Of a stretch of DNA of 64,000 bases, positions 36,334 to 49,929 are shown piece by piece. The notes under the pieces were generated by a model. It searched no databases. It saw nothing but the letters and a program-made list of their open reading frames with translations, and was not told the origin of the DNA. Each line of letters starts with the position of its first letter. The first letter of the stretch is position 1. Made by a program: the position numbers and the translations under genes. This stretch comes from Pavona decussata (taxonomy: Eukaryota): positions 1,612,001-1,676,000 of the forward strand of contig CDRNST010000015.1 in the NCBI GenBank assembly GCA_977016875.1, written 5' to 3'.

Positions 36334-36722
36334 AGCGGTCTCTAAGATGCGTGTCTTCTTGTTGTTCAAACAGGTGCGTATTTTGAAGCATTCACTTGTT
36401 GTCGTTCAGTGAATGTTAATGACGTATAATACGATCTTATTCAAAACATCCATTTAAACAGGCCAAACGCGTGTCTTTAATTATTCAGAAGAACTTCCGC
36501 TGTTTTCAGTGCAATAGAGTTTGTTTTAAAATTGATTCTGTAAAGAATCTTAAACTTTCTGGTAAAACTGATAGTGGCACACTTTTCTTTCTGTCTTCTC
36601 CTGAAGACACGGTTTCAACGATTCTTCTCGCTTTGTATCAGATTCTCTGACCTGTTGACGTAGAATATCCTTTGCAACAGGCAGATGTTAAACTCTTTCT
36701 AACCTATTTTTAGGTGGAACCG

Positions 36723-37430
36723 CAACCTCGTCCCTAGCGTCTTTGCAATATTCAAAATGGCAGACGGCGGCGAAGCCAAATGGTATCCATCCGGCTCGTA
36801 AAATCTGCTCGAGGAAAAAATGTGATGGAGACGAAACTCAAGGGTGTGCCACATGACAAAATAATCCACGATTTGTGGAAGGTTGTTCTTAGAATGGAAA
36901 CTCCAAAACAAGGCTGGACACCCTTTGGAGTTTACATAATATAGTATTCTTAATCGTGATAGACTTGACGTAGACGAGCAAAGAAGTTTATTTCTAAGAC
37001 AGAAAACTGAGAGAATAGAGCTCCATTTAGGCATTGAACATCCGTTTTGGGGTTTAGCACTGATCGACAATATTTATGTCTCAGCATTGATTTGAAAACT
37101 GTTAGCGGCCATTTGGTGTCATGGCTAACTCTCTCAAATTAGTTCAAAAATTGCCCCTTTCATCAGCTAGCACTCCTTATTCTAGTGGATATGGTAAGGA
37201 GATACAAGCAAATGTCCCGGGCTCGAGGCGTACACTATTTTGATTTTAACTTCTTTGACTGTTTTGTTTGAAATAAAATTTCTGTTGTGTAAACGTCACT
37301 TGGTGTCCAACCTTGTTTTGGAGCATCCATTCTAATAACAACCATTTGTGGAGTGTTTTGCAGCGTGGCCCCATAGTCTTTACCACCGTTCGCCATTTTG
37401 AATATCGCGAGGACCCTGGGGACAAGTTTG
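36723..37430. mobile_element. MITE (CAACCTCGTCCC-type TIR), present only in duplicate A
   Basis: CAACCTCGTCCCTAG...ATATTCAAAATGGC / GCCATTTTGAATAT...CTGGGGACAAGTTTG. Confidence 0.75.
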
Positions 37431-38364
37431 GAGTAAACTGATGACGTAAGTTATGAAGTTAAAGGGAGCGAAAGCTTCGGTCTGTTTAACTAAAGCATCG
37501 TACGTGCGAAGGTCACCTACCCATTGCTTTTCACCTGCATGCTATTTTACCTCCTTTACATTCACGAGCGTCAATATTTTCTGACCAATTTTCTGACCAA
37601 GCTGACCAATTAATCGGCTTTCAAGCTGTCTTGTTCTAGTTGGATCGACGTAAAATTTACCGCAGTTATTGGTTTGGGATTGATGGCCCTTAACCAAAAT
37701 CGATATTTTGATTCCATCGATATCTCCATGACAACGATAATTAACACAATTGAAAAACAATTTAAAAGGGCACTGTTACGACGATTTTGCTGTATTTTGG
37801 TCAAAACTGCTAAAGTATCTGATGAAAAACCTTGCTGTTAACATGCAATTCCTCTTAGAACACCGAGAAGGTAATATAGACGGATTTCGCCAAGGAAGAA
37901 CTAACTATAATCAGTTTTTAGCAACTTCTCTAAAATACACCAGACGAACTTGAAAAAATTGGCCAATTTTTTCTTGTTGTATTCCATTTCCATCCTAGAA
38001 GATAGTTAATGCTAGTTTCTGTGCACTAACAAGGTAATTGTTAACAAAATCTGGACCATTATTTTAACGTTTCCAGTGATAAAAAGATATGTTTTTGCCA
38101 TTTAAAGATACACCAAAAATGATGACACGGCCCTTTTATCTTGAATTTTGCACAATGAAGATTTCATATAAAAGATCCATTACCAGCATAATAATCTATG
38201 ACATGTGGCAAATGAAACTGACTCTCCATTGTCGCATAATGCGGCAGACTCTGTCGAGCTTTAACTATGTTTACCACACCAAATTAAAACAGCCTTTCTT
38301 AGCTGGGTTTTTTTTTATTATTATTTATTTAGGCGCCGCTCTTCTTGCCGGACTTAATTCATGA

Positions 38365-38400
<36 letters not shown>

Positions 38401-39750
38401 TATCAGGCCTTAATATTTGTTTAGTCACAATAATTTGGCCATAAAATACGTTGTTTTGATTGAATCACTTGATAATGTTACCATAATGTGCCCTGAGCTT
38501 TATTTTTTTGACGCCATGGAAATCCCCAGTTACCTTCCTCTTTTGCGATCTCGAGAACGTTTTTTCGCTGTGATCGTTTCTGTTATAATTGTCGTAATTT
38601 TACAATGTTTTGAGCTTTGGTTGTAAAAATCTCAAAAACGCCTCCATAGGTTTTTAAAACATTCACCGTGTATTTTTATCATGCCAGAAATATTACTCCA
38701 AAGTTTTGCTAATATTGAGTTAATGGAACACTTTTAAATTGAACGATAAAGATGAGCGTAAACCAGCGCTAAACTTTGGGTCAATAATTCAAGGTCAACA
38801 AATTCTACTAATCTGAATTCATTCTACTAACCTTTTTTTGTGCAACCGCTTAAGTTGCATACTAACTGCGACGGCGAGGATCTTTCTTCTATTTGATCTT
38901 TCATCCGCAGTTCAAAATATATGTTTCATATATTTACGTTTACTTCTAAATTTATATTAAGGCTTAAAAAGTAGTTGGGATTTATCTAAATTCAAACACA
39001 CAGAATTTTTTTTTTTATTTGCCACGTTTCACACATTATTATGCTGGTAATGGATCTTTTATATGAAATCTAGATTGCTCAAAATTCAAGTTAACTAAAA
39101 GCGTTTTTCAATTATGTTAATCAGATCATTGTCATGGTAATATCGTTGGAACCAAAATATCCGTTTCGACAAACTTCAATTTAAAACCAATAACTATAGT
39201 AAATTTTACGTCAATCTGACTATAAGACAGTTTACAAGCCGAGGAATGGTTTCAAAACAAGACTGTATCGAGCCACCTCGAATTTTCTCTGCAACCGTTC
39301 CTATGGCGTTTGAAGGAACCACCTTATCGCATATCTGAAATGAAAAGGGGAAAATCCCTTTAAGGGCTTTTGTAGTTCTAACAAACAGCAAACAGGAAAC
39401 TAAAAAGCATTAACGAGGTTTTATGGGTCTATATAGAAGATTTTTTAAACGGTAACTTATCATACTTAGAGGAAATGCGTGTCAAATTTCCCTAGCCAGA
39501 GACATTAACCAGTATAGAAGATCCGTATTGCAATCCATCTTCTTGAGGCACAAAACTTGCAAAGTAGCAGCTTGATTAACTTTTGGAATTTCAAAGGTTT
39601 TGATGTGAAATCCTATGCACACCCTCTATTTTAACTAAAAAGCTTGTTTTTGCCTAAGGTAATTTAAACACCATTCAAATGATGATGTTTTATTTTTCCC
39701 GTAGCGCCTTTCCGTCTTTAAAAAATTTTCTTTGCTTCTCACAGTAATGC

Positions 39751-41816
39751 ATGGCTGAAAGAGAGAACAGCACCATCTGTGGCCTTCCTAGAAGGGTACC
39801 CATTTCAGAAAATGATACGGCCTCCTTAGTGAGTGACATAATGTTGTGTGTCATCAACGTGCCTTTGAGTATCTTCGCCTTTCTTGCAAACCTGGCAGTT
39901 GTCATCGCCATCGTAAAAATGATTTCGCTGCAAAGGCCATGCAACATTCTTGTTTGTAGTCTGGCCATTGTGGATTGCTTGACCGGCCTGATTGCTCAGC
40001 CGATATATGTTGCCTGGCGATTGACGATGATTCACCGCATCCATGTCCAGTGCGATCATGTGAAAGAACTGTTTACTGCCTTCGTGGCGTGTAAATTATT
40101 TTTTGTCGGATTATCGTTGGTGTATCTCACACTCGTCAGCTTGGACCGTCTTTTCGCGCTTGCAAAGCCCATGGAGTACCGTGCGAGAGCGAGGAAAAAA
40201 GGTAAAAATTTAGATAAATAATAAAATGTAATCTTACGTTACCCTTGAAAGGAGCCGTAAAATTTGGAGTTCCAGAAGCATCATAAACAATTTATCCCTT
40301 TTGATTATTTTCATGTGATGATTTGTATCTACCCGGACTTTTGGAAACGGGTCCGCTCAATTCAAGTCACGCTTACTTCACAGTACGGTGCGAATGGTTT
40401 TTTTGCAGTTCAAAAATTTTTCTTCTCTATTTTGCAGCATTCTGCTCCTACTCGGGGCCATAAAACTCATGATTAGGTGTCGTTTCACGAAAAGCCCTCA
40501 AGTTTTCATCGGCCATATTTTCAAACATTCGGGTACATGTATAAAAGATCTAAGGGCAGATAGCCGGGGCGAGGGGAAAGTCAAAACGGGCGGCGAAAAA
40601 GAGTCAAGATAAACTAATAAATGCATATATTTTTAGCTTGGCATATTTTTCGCCTGTTTTGACTTCCCCTCGCCTCATTGCCCCTAGGTTCTAAGGATGC
40701 CTGTTTGTCCGATATAGATTTTACCGTATTTTTCTTATTGCATGTTCCACCCATCGCCAGATGAACATCCTGTGAGAGTCAACGGCTTTCCCGACTCTTG
40801 TTTCACTCATTGAGATGCACATCAAAGTGATTATATTATAATTCCTCACTGTTGCCAGTCCACCCCCCCCCCCCCCCCAAAAAAAAAAAAAGCTGCTGGT
40901 TTAGAGATTAGGAGTTCAGATTTTTTTATAAGGCCCGACCCACATTTTATAAAACACAAAATAACTACTACAAAATTGAAGCAATTGAGGAAAACATTGT
41001 CTCGTAGAGATGTCTCGTAGAGATGTTAAAGGCTTATTATTATAGTTAGTTAAATGACATTTTATTTTCTGATACACAACTCTTAAGGGCGTGGTTCAGT
41101 TCGATTGGTGGGAAAATTCTTGAAAAGCTAATCAAACAGTCGTGCTCAAAACTCATAAATTGAAATTACCGTACCTACCCTTTCTTGAGGCCTAAACATA
41201 AATATCCTCTCCCCCCTTCCCCTTGGGGGTTAATAGGACGTTTTACAGTACGTATGTCTCATCGATCCGGTATATGCATAACCAAAGCTAATTAAAGATG
41301 CTTTCATTGTCTTGTTTGCTTTGTGTTGTTGTTTTTTTTACTTTTGTTTTATCTATCACAGTAACAGTCAAGGTAGTTATCATAACTGGAGTCACGTGGC
41401 TGGCTTTGACGATCTTGACTCGCTTCGTTCTGCCCGACAATATCCAAATCGCTGTCATGATGGTTGGAGGTGTAATTACTATGACCGTTCCACTCCTGAG
41501 TCACGTTGGAATTTTCATTGCTATTCGTCGGCAAAACAGACAGGTGCAAAGCTTCGTTTCAGGGCAGGATGCATGCGTTATCTTCAGGCGAGAAAAGAAA
41601 GTGGCCATTGATATGATTATTGTGACCGTAGTGCTGTTACTTTGCGTTGCTCCAGGAGGAGCCGTTACTTTCTTTCACGAGTACGGACAACAACTTGGAA
41701 TCTTGTACGTTTGGTTGAACGCACTTATTTTTATAAACTCCTCTATAAATCCTATTATTTACTTGGTTCGGAGACGCGACATTAGGAATGCATTAAGATC
41801 CATGGTTCCTTGTTAA
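39751..41816 (+). CDS. Two-exon class A GPCR, copy A (exons 39751-40201 and 41362-41816; ~301 aa)
   Basis: AN (TM1), LAIVD (TM2), SLDRL (TM3), CVAP (TM6), NSSINPIIY (TM7). GT donor at 40202 and CAG acceptor at 41361 join in phase 1. Confidence 0.88.
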
Positions 41817-44385
41817 TTTTGTTCAGCTTTACAATGATGAGGAGGAGTCTACCATTCCCCATTACACTTACTTGGTGTGCATTATTGGTGCCAAGTTTGA
41901 TTTTGATAGCTCTTATATTTGCAGAGATATTCTTGTTTTGTGATATATCTTCATTGTGAGACGATTTGTGACGTCATCAATTTTTGAACAAAACTTGAAT
42001 ATCTCTGGAGCGGGTGAAGATATTTCAGAATCATCAACGCCATTATTCGTCATTTTAAAAGGCCTTTCAAATAAGTATAATGTATGTTTTTTTTGTTTGT
42101 TGGCACTTTAAACGTTTTCCAAGTTGTTTGTGTTTTTAATGTGGCTAATCATAAAATCCCTAGAAATTAGTTTTAACTAAAAGTAAGTTGATTTCGTCCC
42201 CGAAAACTACCTGTAATGCTAAATGAGACTGAGATATTAAGGACCGGTTAGTCATCATATAGAAGTGTATTTTTACGCAGTTTTGGCTATGTGGGAGAAG
42301 TGGATCTTATCACGGACTACTGTAATTCAGGAAGAAAATTAGGGGTAACCACGTATTTTTAAGATATAGTTGAACAACGGTGGTTATAACCTTAAACGCT
42401 TTAAGAGTAAATGCCTGTAAAAACCAAAGAAATCCCGGACACAGCTCAAAATTCGAATTCGCTCATACCTTGTAGATTGATGGGCCCTAGTACCACACTT
42501 ATGAAAAGGACATCCATTTAACCAAATAACCACTCGTTTACGAGAAACGAATTTTAAATTATCAACGGCATTTTTGGTCAACAAAGCCTCAAATTATGTC
42601 AACATTCATTAAGCTACCGAATCAAGCAATCGTAACTTTTGAATCTCTTACACGCAAATCCTATTCATTAAATGCTTTTTTAGTTCTCTGACTTGTAACA
42701 TAGCCAGGCAACTCTTCTTATAAATATTTTACGATTTTTTTTTTTAAGGAATGCCAACGGCTTCTCTGAAAGGCTTTGTTAGGACCTCCAACAAACTAGC
42801 CATAACTACCAGTGGTACTCAAAAAATCTCACCGAAAAACCTTCTGGGGGTACAATTTATGATAGTTTTCAGTTTCTATCGTTTCAATTTCTTGGGATCT
42901 TTCGTACGTTAAGAAAAAAACATTTCTAAACTGAGCATATTTTCACTATCGGCCATTTTGAAATGAACAACAAACACACTTGAATTGTTTATAAAACTTA
43001 CATTGTTTTAGTCAAATAAGCCGCTTGAAACATCTATTTGTACGAAGTATCAACTGCGGTAAATCCCTTTTATGTTCTTTTTTGTGAATTGATATCATAA
43101 CCTAAAGTTTAGCAAGTTAACATAACAAAATCGCGTCTGGCAATGGTTTTGCATAATTTCTACATTTTTGCCGTGACTCACCTCATTCCTGTCACTGACC
43201 TTCAACAAACTTGATTTCTTTGCCGTTATTTTCTTAGTTCTCGGTTTAATCTTACGTTCCCTACTATACAAGCCAAGCTACAAACCATTATGAATCTTTC
43301 ACCGCGAGCTCAGCCGTTCCAACCAGAAATTTGTGCAGTATTTTCGTCTATTTCGAATACAGTTTTACAGAAATTCACGTGATCAACACGGAACGTCACT
43401 TTGTGTTACTTTGCGTCACGCTCACGCAACTTCCAGTACCCCTTCTTTGGTAAAACTCGCTTACGCGCACCTTGAGACTGGAAAAGGTCAAAACTGGCAA
43501 ACATATTTTATAACTTAAGCTAAGCGAAAAAAGACAATAAACTTCTTGTCGCTATTTGTCTAGGAAGACGTAAATTAACTCAACGGGAACTCCAACCAAT
43601 AAACCGGCAAATGGGTGGCTTACTGCAGTACACATTTGTTTTACGAACTTAAAAAAGATTAAATAAAAGTCAAGGCTTTTCAAAGCACTTTCAGGCTAAG
43701 GTTGACTAAAAATAGAAAATGAATAAATGTTTTTAAGTTGACTGTGATCAGCTTGTACCATATAACTGGGTTTTCATATACCTTATGCAAAAATGACTGA
43801 CATTTTAACATTCCCGTTTGTTGCATTCACTAGCCTCGTTCAAGGTAAAATACTCTTTTGATTTTTAAACTCAATAACGAAGCTAGTGAGGCTAATTTGA
43901 ATGCAAACAAAAGGATATTAAAATGTCAGTCATTTTTGCATAGGGTCTATGCCCCCACCTTCCCACCCATTTTCTTTAAAATGAAACTCACGGTCGCGCG
44001 GACAAGACAGTTACCGTTTGGCAGGACTTTCGCGCGCGGGGCAAACTCACGCACAGCGTCTTCTATTTGTCGCTCAAAAATTGTGACTGAAAAAGAACAA
44101 GAATTTATTTTAGCCCAGATCCTAGCGGAGGTAGAGAGTCTGGCCCTTCGATCTTCGTCCTTAACCTATTGCAAACACTTTCATTATATCCAATTCTGAT
44201 CAAACGAGGGCTGCATGAAGTGCACCAACCACACATAAACTAAACACCTTAGGGGTTCGTCAAAATAAACAATTCTATATGAAAACGTATTCTAGCAGAC
44301 TTGTCTTCCCTAACACTCCTTTATTAATGCCAAATTTTTGGCAACTTTAGCTTATGTTGCACTGTCCAATTGCAGCTTACAATGT

Positions 44386-44529
44386 NNNNNNNNNNNNNNN
44401 NNNNNNNNNNNNNNNNNNNNNNNNNNNNNNNNNNNNNNNNNNNNNNNNNNNNNNNNNNNNNNNNNNNNNNNNNNNNNNNNNNNNNNNNNNNNNNNNNNNN
44501 NNNNNNNNNNNNNNNNNNNNNNNNNNNNN
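44386..44529. other. Assembly gap (N run)
   Basis: 144 Ns. Confidence 1.
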
Positions 44530-45129
44530 TAGCGACCACTTCTCATAAGCGACCACCTTCCGTAAGCGACCACCTTGTAAACAACGGTTTTGTTTCTCAG
44601 TTAAATACTGTTTCAAGAGCTGTCTCGTAAGCGACCACCACTCAAATTTCTCAAGGGACCGCGACCACTTTTTAGGCCAGAAATTACACATTCTTTTGTT
44701 TTCTGTTTCCGGTAAGCGACCACACAACATAATCACGTATGATCGCATGTAAATCATTACTCAGAAGTGACAAATGTTCAATTTTGATGACGCTTCCCCG
44801 TACTGCTGACAGATAATGACAGTTTACAGACAGAGAAGATGGCTACAAGTAGATCTTTAGGTAAACGGGAATTGTTACAGTGATCTGTTCCAAAATGAAC
44901 CATGAACCATGTTATACAAAGTTTCATAAGAAGAATAAATAAATGTGAAAAAAATCAAATAAACAAGTTTCCATTTGCCTGATTTTAGCTGCTAAGGTAA
45001 CATTTTTTTGTAATTAATTAATCAATCCAGTATTAGGCTTGGTTTGTTGATCTTTCCCGTAAGCGACCACCTCCCGTAAGCGACCACTTTGTCGTGCACC
45101 AAGGGTGGTCGCTTACAAGAGAGTTGACT

Positions 45130-45132
<3 letters not shown>
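44530..45132. mobile_element. Tc1/pogo-like MITE with TAAGCGACCAC subterminal repeats
   Basis: Right end GAGAGTTGACTG-TA abuts (TAA)n at 45131-45203. The left end lies in the gap. Confidence 0.6.
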
Positions 45133-45186
<54 letters not shown>

Positions 45187-45229
45187 TTAATAATAATAAT
45201 TATAATTTTGGCAGGTGTCATTTACGTGC

Positions 45230-45695
45230 ACATGACCTTTCCCCAACAAGCTGGGTAAGCAGATCAATGAACGGTAAGTTCCATCCACATTTAATCCCAG
45301 ATTCTCACAAAGCTCCCTCAACATTTTGACTGGAAAATTTGATAACTTCTTCTCGCTCGCCAAGCTGCATGACTTTATCGATCGCCAACCTAATCTCGAC
45401 ATTCCCGAACCGACTGAGATCAGGGTACGAGATTACCGCCAACCAATACCCAAACGTTCACGGTGCAAGGGACATATGGTCATTTCCTGGATTTTCGGCG
45501 GTGTTTGAAAACAGGCTGGCACTTCTTGCTAGTATGAGCTCGACTTCCGTTTCACAGCCACTAAATTTCAACAGTTTTTTTGTGACCTGATACACTCTTG
45601 TTGCACGACACAAGAGGTGGGATCCCACACGACAGAATCCTACTTCTTGAATCACATCCACATTCGCCACCGACCAAAAGAGAGAAAGACATTTT
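45230..45695 (-). pseudogene. Sola3 transposase remnant (N-terminal Zn-finger region fused to C-terminus)
   Basis: SFSLLVGGECG...PLVSCNK...EVELILAR...MTICPLHRERLGIGWR, then LASEKKLSNFPVKMLRELCENLG. Motif order matches the termini of the protein at 48966-53255. Confidence 0.7.
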
Positions 45696-46380
45696 CCTTC
45701 TTCTGAGCAGACGTATCAGCTTTCGGTTAACAGCCGCATTTCGGAAACATGAAAGAAAAGAGTCGGCTCCGAAAGGTTGTTCATTTCAGTAAATATTCTA
45801 ATAAGTTTTATTAAACTGAGAACCGGGTTTGCGAGATAACTGTCTTTGCTTCGAATTTGATGTAATGACGGCATTTATCCTTTCATGTTATTTGTTTTTA
45901 TTCCATTTCGAGTTTCGTTTCGACTGATTTGCTTTCTTCACTTTGCAAGAGACTCTTTAACCGAGGCACGTATTCAAACAATACTTGTCATTGCTACGGT
46001 TTTTAACGATTGCCGCGAGACACAGCACACCGTTTTGGACTGAACAGGTACATAATCATAGACATTATGGAGTTCAATACACTTTGGACTTATACTGCCG
46101 TCTTGAGGTAAATTGAAGGGGTAAAGTAATGACGGAAGGCCATGTGACGTTTACTGTGAGAAACGGCCCTTCGACAATGGTAATTTGATACAAACAGGTA
46201 AGCTTATTTCAATCCATTTCTTTGTCGGATATTTGAAAATCTGTAGTAGTCCCGAAACATTTTATTCTTGGATATTTGAACCACCAAAAAAGGGAAATTT
46301 TGGACGGACGCTTTCGAAAAAAAACAAACAAACAAACAAACTCAACTACATGCTCAGTTCTCCAGGAAACCCATTCCAAA

Positions 46381-46799
46381 GGGGCAGCACTAAAAGTAGG
46401 AATCCGGAATCTGAAATCCGAAATCCAGAATCCAGAATCCGGTTCCAGCGGAAGCCTCAAGATTCAACAATTAGGTTGTACAAAGATTGTCTCCAGAAAA
46501 CCTTAACATAGTTTCAAAATGAAGATATAGACTATCAAATTTCTTTTCTTTACTGTACGCTCGATCGTTTTTAAATGTTTTAACCGTGAGACCAATCATT
46601 TTTCATTTGCGGGAAATAATGACTTAATTAGATTTTTTCTCTGGTGCCACGAATCGAAAAATATAACATTTCCGTTGACAATATTTTCAGGCAATTTTTG
46701 TACAATCTAATTGATCAATCTTACGGATTCCTCTGGATCCGGAGTCCAGTTTTCTGTTCCGTATTCCGGATTCCGGATTCCTGATTTTAGTGTTGCCCC
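46381..46799. mobile_element. MITE with GGGGCAGCACTAAAA TIR and 7-bp (GGAATCC) subterminal repeats
   Basis: Right end TTTTAGTGTTGCCCC. Nested in Sola3-A. Confidence 0.75.
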
Positions 46800-49700
46800 T
46801 TAGTTTTCAAAATGGCGTCCGTCGGAAAATTTGTCATATTAGCAAACTTCAATGAAGTCGTATCACACAACTAACCGACATCCCAAAATAATGCCAGCAT
46901 AACTTTTGACATCTATCCTTTATTTGTATCTGCAGTATAGTATGAGGTCCTAGTTTGGAGTACCGACATGATTTTTAGGGAGTTATTTTAAGGTACCTCA
47001 AAACTATTTGAAAAGAGTATCGAAGGTGGCTTCAAGAAAAAACCCATGACCGTTGTTAAGGAAGAAAATAACCGCTTTTCTTATCACTGCTGAATTTTCT
47101 AGAGACCAAACTATAAAGTTCCAGCAAAGGAAGATTTACAGTGTATTTTTAACGAACACTAGAATGCTATGAATATTGTGAAATTTCGATCCAAATTAGC
47201 CTCAAAACCAACGCAAACGTTTTTATTAAATTACTCTTAAGGAAACGAATTTTAAAACGAACTAACCCTGTTTTGTTTAGTTTGGGTCAAAGGCCTTTCT
47301 ATAGAAAAAGTATGAGCGAAATCGAATTTTGAGCTGTGTCCGCGATTTGACGATTATATTTGATGCTTAAGGACATTTACTCTTAAAATGGATAACAATA
47401 TGTGGCATCTGAAGTGGTAAATTGAAGTGTTTTTTCAATTATCTCTGAAAATGCGTGGTTATCCCTAAATTTCGTTTTCCTTTCCAACAATCAATCCTAA
47501 GGTCTGCTTTTCTCTTATCGTCATAACCATCATAAAATGTCATTGTTTTAGTTGGCACCGTCCTTAAGTGTCCCTGACTGAGAAAGTGGTCCAGATGTTG
47601 GAAGTAGGGGTCAACCGAATTTGATGAAACTTGCTGCAGAAGTTGGCCTTTGTGAGATATTCCAAACGCCATTTGGGTTTTGTTTTCCGACCTTTGGTTT
47701 AAAAGTTTCAGGGGGGGGGCCCATTTGGGGCCTCCGAATCAGTAAAAATCAAGCTTCTGAGGGGGCAGGTTTGTCCCAGTATAAAAATAAACACATTAAA
47801 CATATTAAACACTTTTCTGCATAGTGTTTTTCTACTATAAATACCCTTTCAGTTGATATGCAAGGATTCAGCATTAAGGCATCTGACTGTGTGGGGCCTG
47901 GTACTAGTTTTGGCCAAATATTAAAAAGAAGATTACCACCAAAAATTGCCAAAGTTTAGCAGTTGATAATTTTTAACTGCCAACTTAGCTAAAACGGATT
48001 CTTCTGTCAGGAGTTACTCCAATGTAAGTACAACCAAAATCATTTGTGAAAAAATTGGCTCGCTAAATTTAAGGGGCTTTAGCAAAGCATTTTAGAGTCC
48101 CACCCCCACAAAATTTACATATTACCAAAAGCAACAATTTAACAATCATGGTAGCTTTATTTATATTTTAACGTTTCAGTTTGCTTTGTTAATGCTTACT
48201 TTACTTACAAAGTCTGTGATAAGCAATAACTGTGTGATTTAAAACTACCTGGGACCTTTAAATTGCCTTAGAACTGGCAAATTGTACTCACAAAATCAAC
48301 GTTTGTTCTACTTGAACGTGAATATTCGTACAAAGTAACTGATGGGAACTCAAATAACAAAATAGGAGGCATGATAGTTATACTGACAAGCATAACCTTG
48401 CTTGCTTACCTTTATATCACTTTATATTAGCCATGATTACAGTGCTAAGGCTCCTTGGCTTCGAGAGAAATGTCTCCAAGGTACTTTTTATGTCAAGAAA
48501 TAGCCATATTCCTGATAATTGACAGCACCTTACGGCCAATTCATAATGCCCGATGAACAGTTCTTGTTGTATTTGTTGACAGACAAGTTCACAGTCTGAT
48601 GTATGTACGGAGAATGCTTTCTCCAGCCACTTAGTTGGTTAGGCAGCTCTTTTCTTTATCGAAGATTTCGATATTCAGCTCGTGATTGTGTGTAAGTAAT
48701 ATTATGCACATTTTGTGTGAAAAGGCAGAGATATTCTCTTTGTCGGTACCTGCATCCTTATAGCCATAGCCGATATTTCTACGTCCACATTTCATATTGC
48801 TACTCTTCAGTAAATGAAATTTCACTGTTTGTTCCGCCATCTTGGATGTAGACAAAGAAGGTCTGGGTCTGTAGTGGTTCCCAGTCTTCCTATCAACTGC
48901 TCTTTTGTTTACAAGCACCTGTCGATGTCGGAAACAATAAATCTTGTGGGAAGGAAAGGAAAGGAATGGCGTTTTGTTCTTTCGGGGGGCCGGGGGAAGA
49001 CAATCCATGTGGTGCTATAGAATGGGCAAAACAAGAAAGTTCCATGGTACCATTGCTTAGCTGTAATGTGGATATGAGCTCGTGGCTCAAGGATAAATAC
49101 AAAGGTGTAGGGGCTTCAGGGAGCAGGGGACGTCCTGCTGCCAAGGGTTCGGGAAGTGGCGGTAAGAAATATATTTAACCCTTCATATATTCATATATAA
49201 GAAATATCAGGATGACATTTCTTAATGTACTTTTAATATATGTTCGATTGGACAACTTTCTGCAGTTGGCATGCAGTCACGCGTCATTCGCGTGACCAAA
49301 TAGTTACAATCACAAATCTTGCCAACTCGGTTTTCTCGCCGCGAAAGTTACGTCACTTTAGAAGGTAGAAGGTTTGTGCATTAATACATAAATAAACTGT
49401 GTATAAATGTTTCCATGCTGATGTAGTTTTCTCTAAGAGGCCTTTTTTTTTGGGGGGGGGGGGGAGTAGTGTTATTCACACGGAACTGATCAGGGAGGCC
49501 GAGTTGTTTACATGTGTTGAATCAATCTTTTTCCCTTTAGGCAATGAGGTTTGTGAATGGGAACTAATATTGAACCGTGCAGGGATAGCATGTGATAATG
49601 TAAACGCAACGGGACTGACTATCTGCCCCAAACATCGTTATAAACTTACAATGCTGTATAAAGCAAGGTAAGAACAGTTAACCACAACCGCTTTTGTGTT

Positions 49701-49929
49701 TTTTAAGTGATAACTGGCTGATAACCGTTAATTTTCGTACTGTTGTTTTCATAGGACAAGTGCTGTCATCCATTTCAAGTAAATAGTAAAGGCCCCTCAA
49801 GCATAAAGACACGTGTTAGCAAAATGCTGAAACGCCTTCGAAGGGTGAACAAGACCATGGCCAACACGATCTATAAGAAGACAGGGATTGTTGTTGCTAT
49901 GGGCACAGGTATCCCAGAAATCAACACTT

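Larger units (their letters stand above)
33143..41852. repeat. Tandem segmental duplication, copy A (head-to-head GPCR pair)
   Basis: Colinear with 41866-61852 once the two Sola3 insertions and small indels are removed. Confidence 0.9.
42405..47382 (-). mobile_element. Sola3-type DNA transposon A (old, internally deleted)
   Basis: TTAA TSD, GAG...CTC termini and TIR core CGGACACAGCTCAAAATTCGA. Empty site GCTTTAAAATG at ~33633. Transposase remnants at 45230-45695. Confidence 0.8.
42241..47563. mobile_element. ~340-bp Kolobok-like MITE (TTAA-GGAC..GTCC-TTAA) interrupted by Sola3-A
   Basis: TTAAGGACCGGT at 42237 and ACCGTCCTTAA ending at 47567. Uninterrupted paralog at ~33500-33821. Confidence 0.6.

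Noticed and set aside
44324-44757. ORFs containing X runs
   Set aside because: They span the assembly gap.
44530-45115. Repeated TAAGCGACCAC units resembling a CRISPR array
   Set aside because: Short, irregularly spaced MITE subterminal repeats in a eukaryotic context, with no cas genes.
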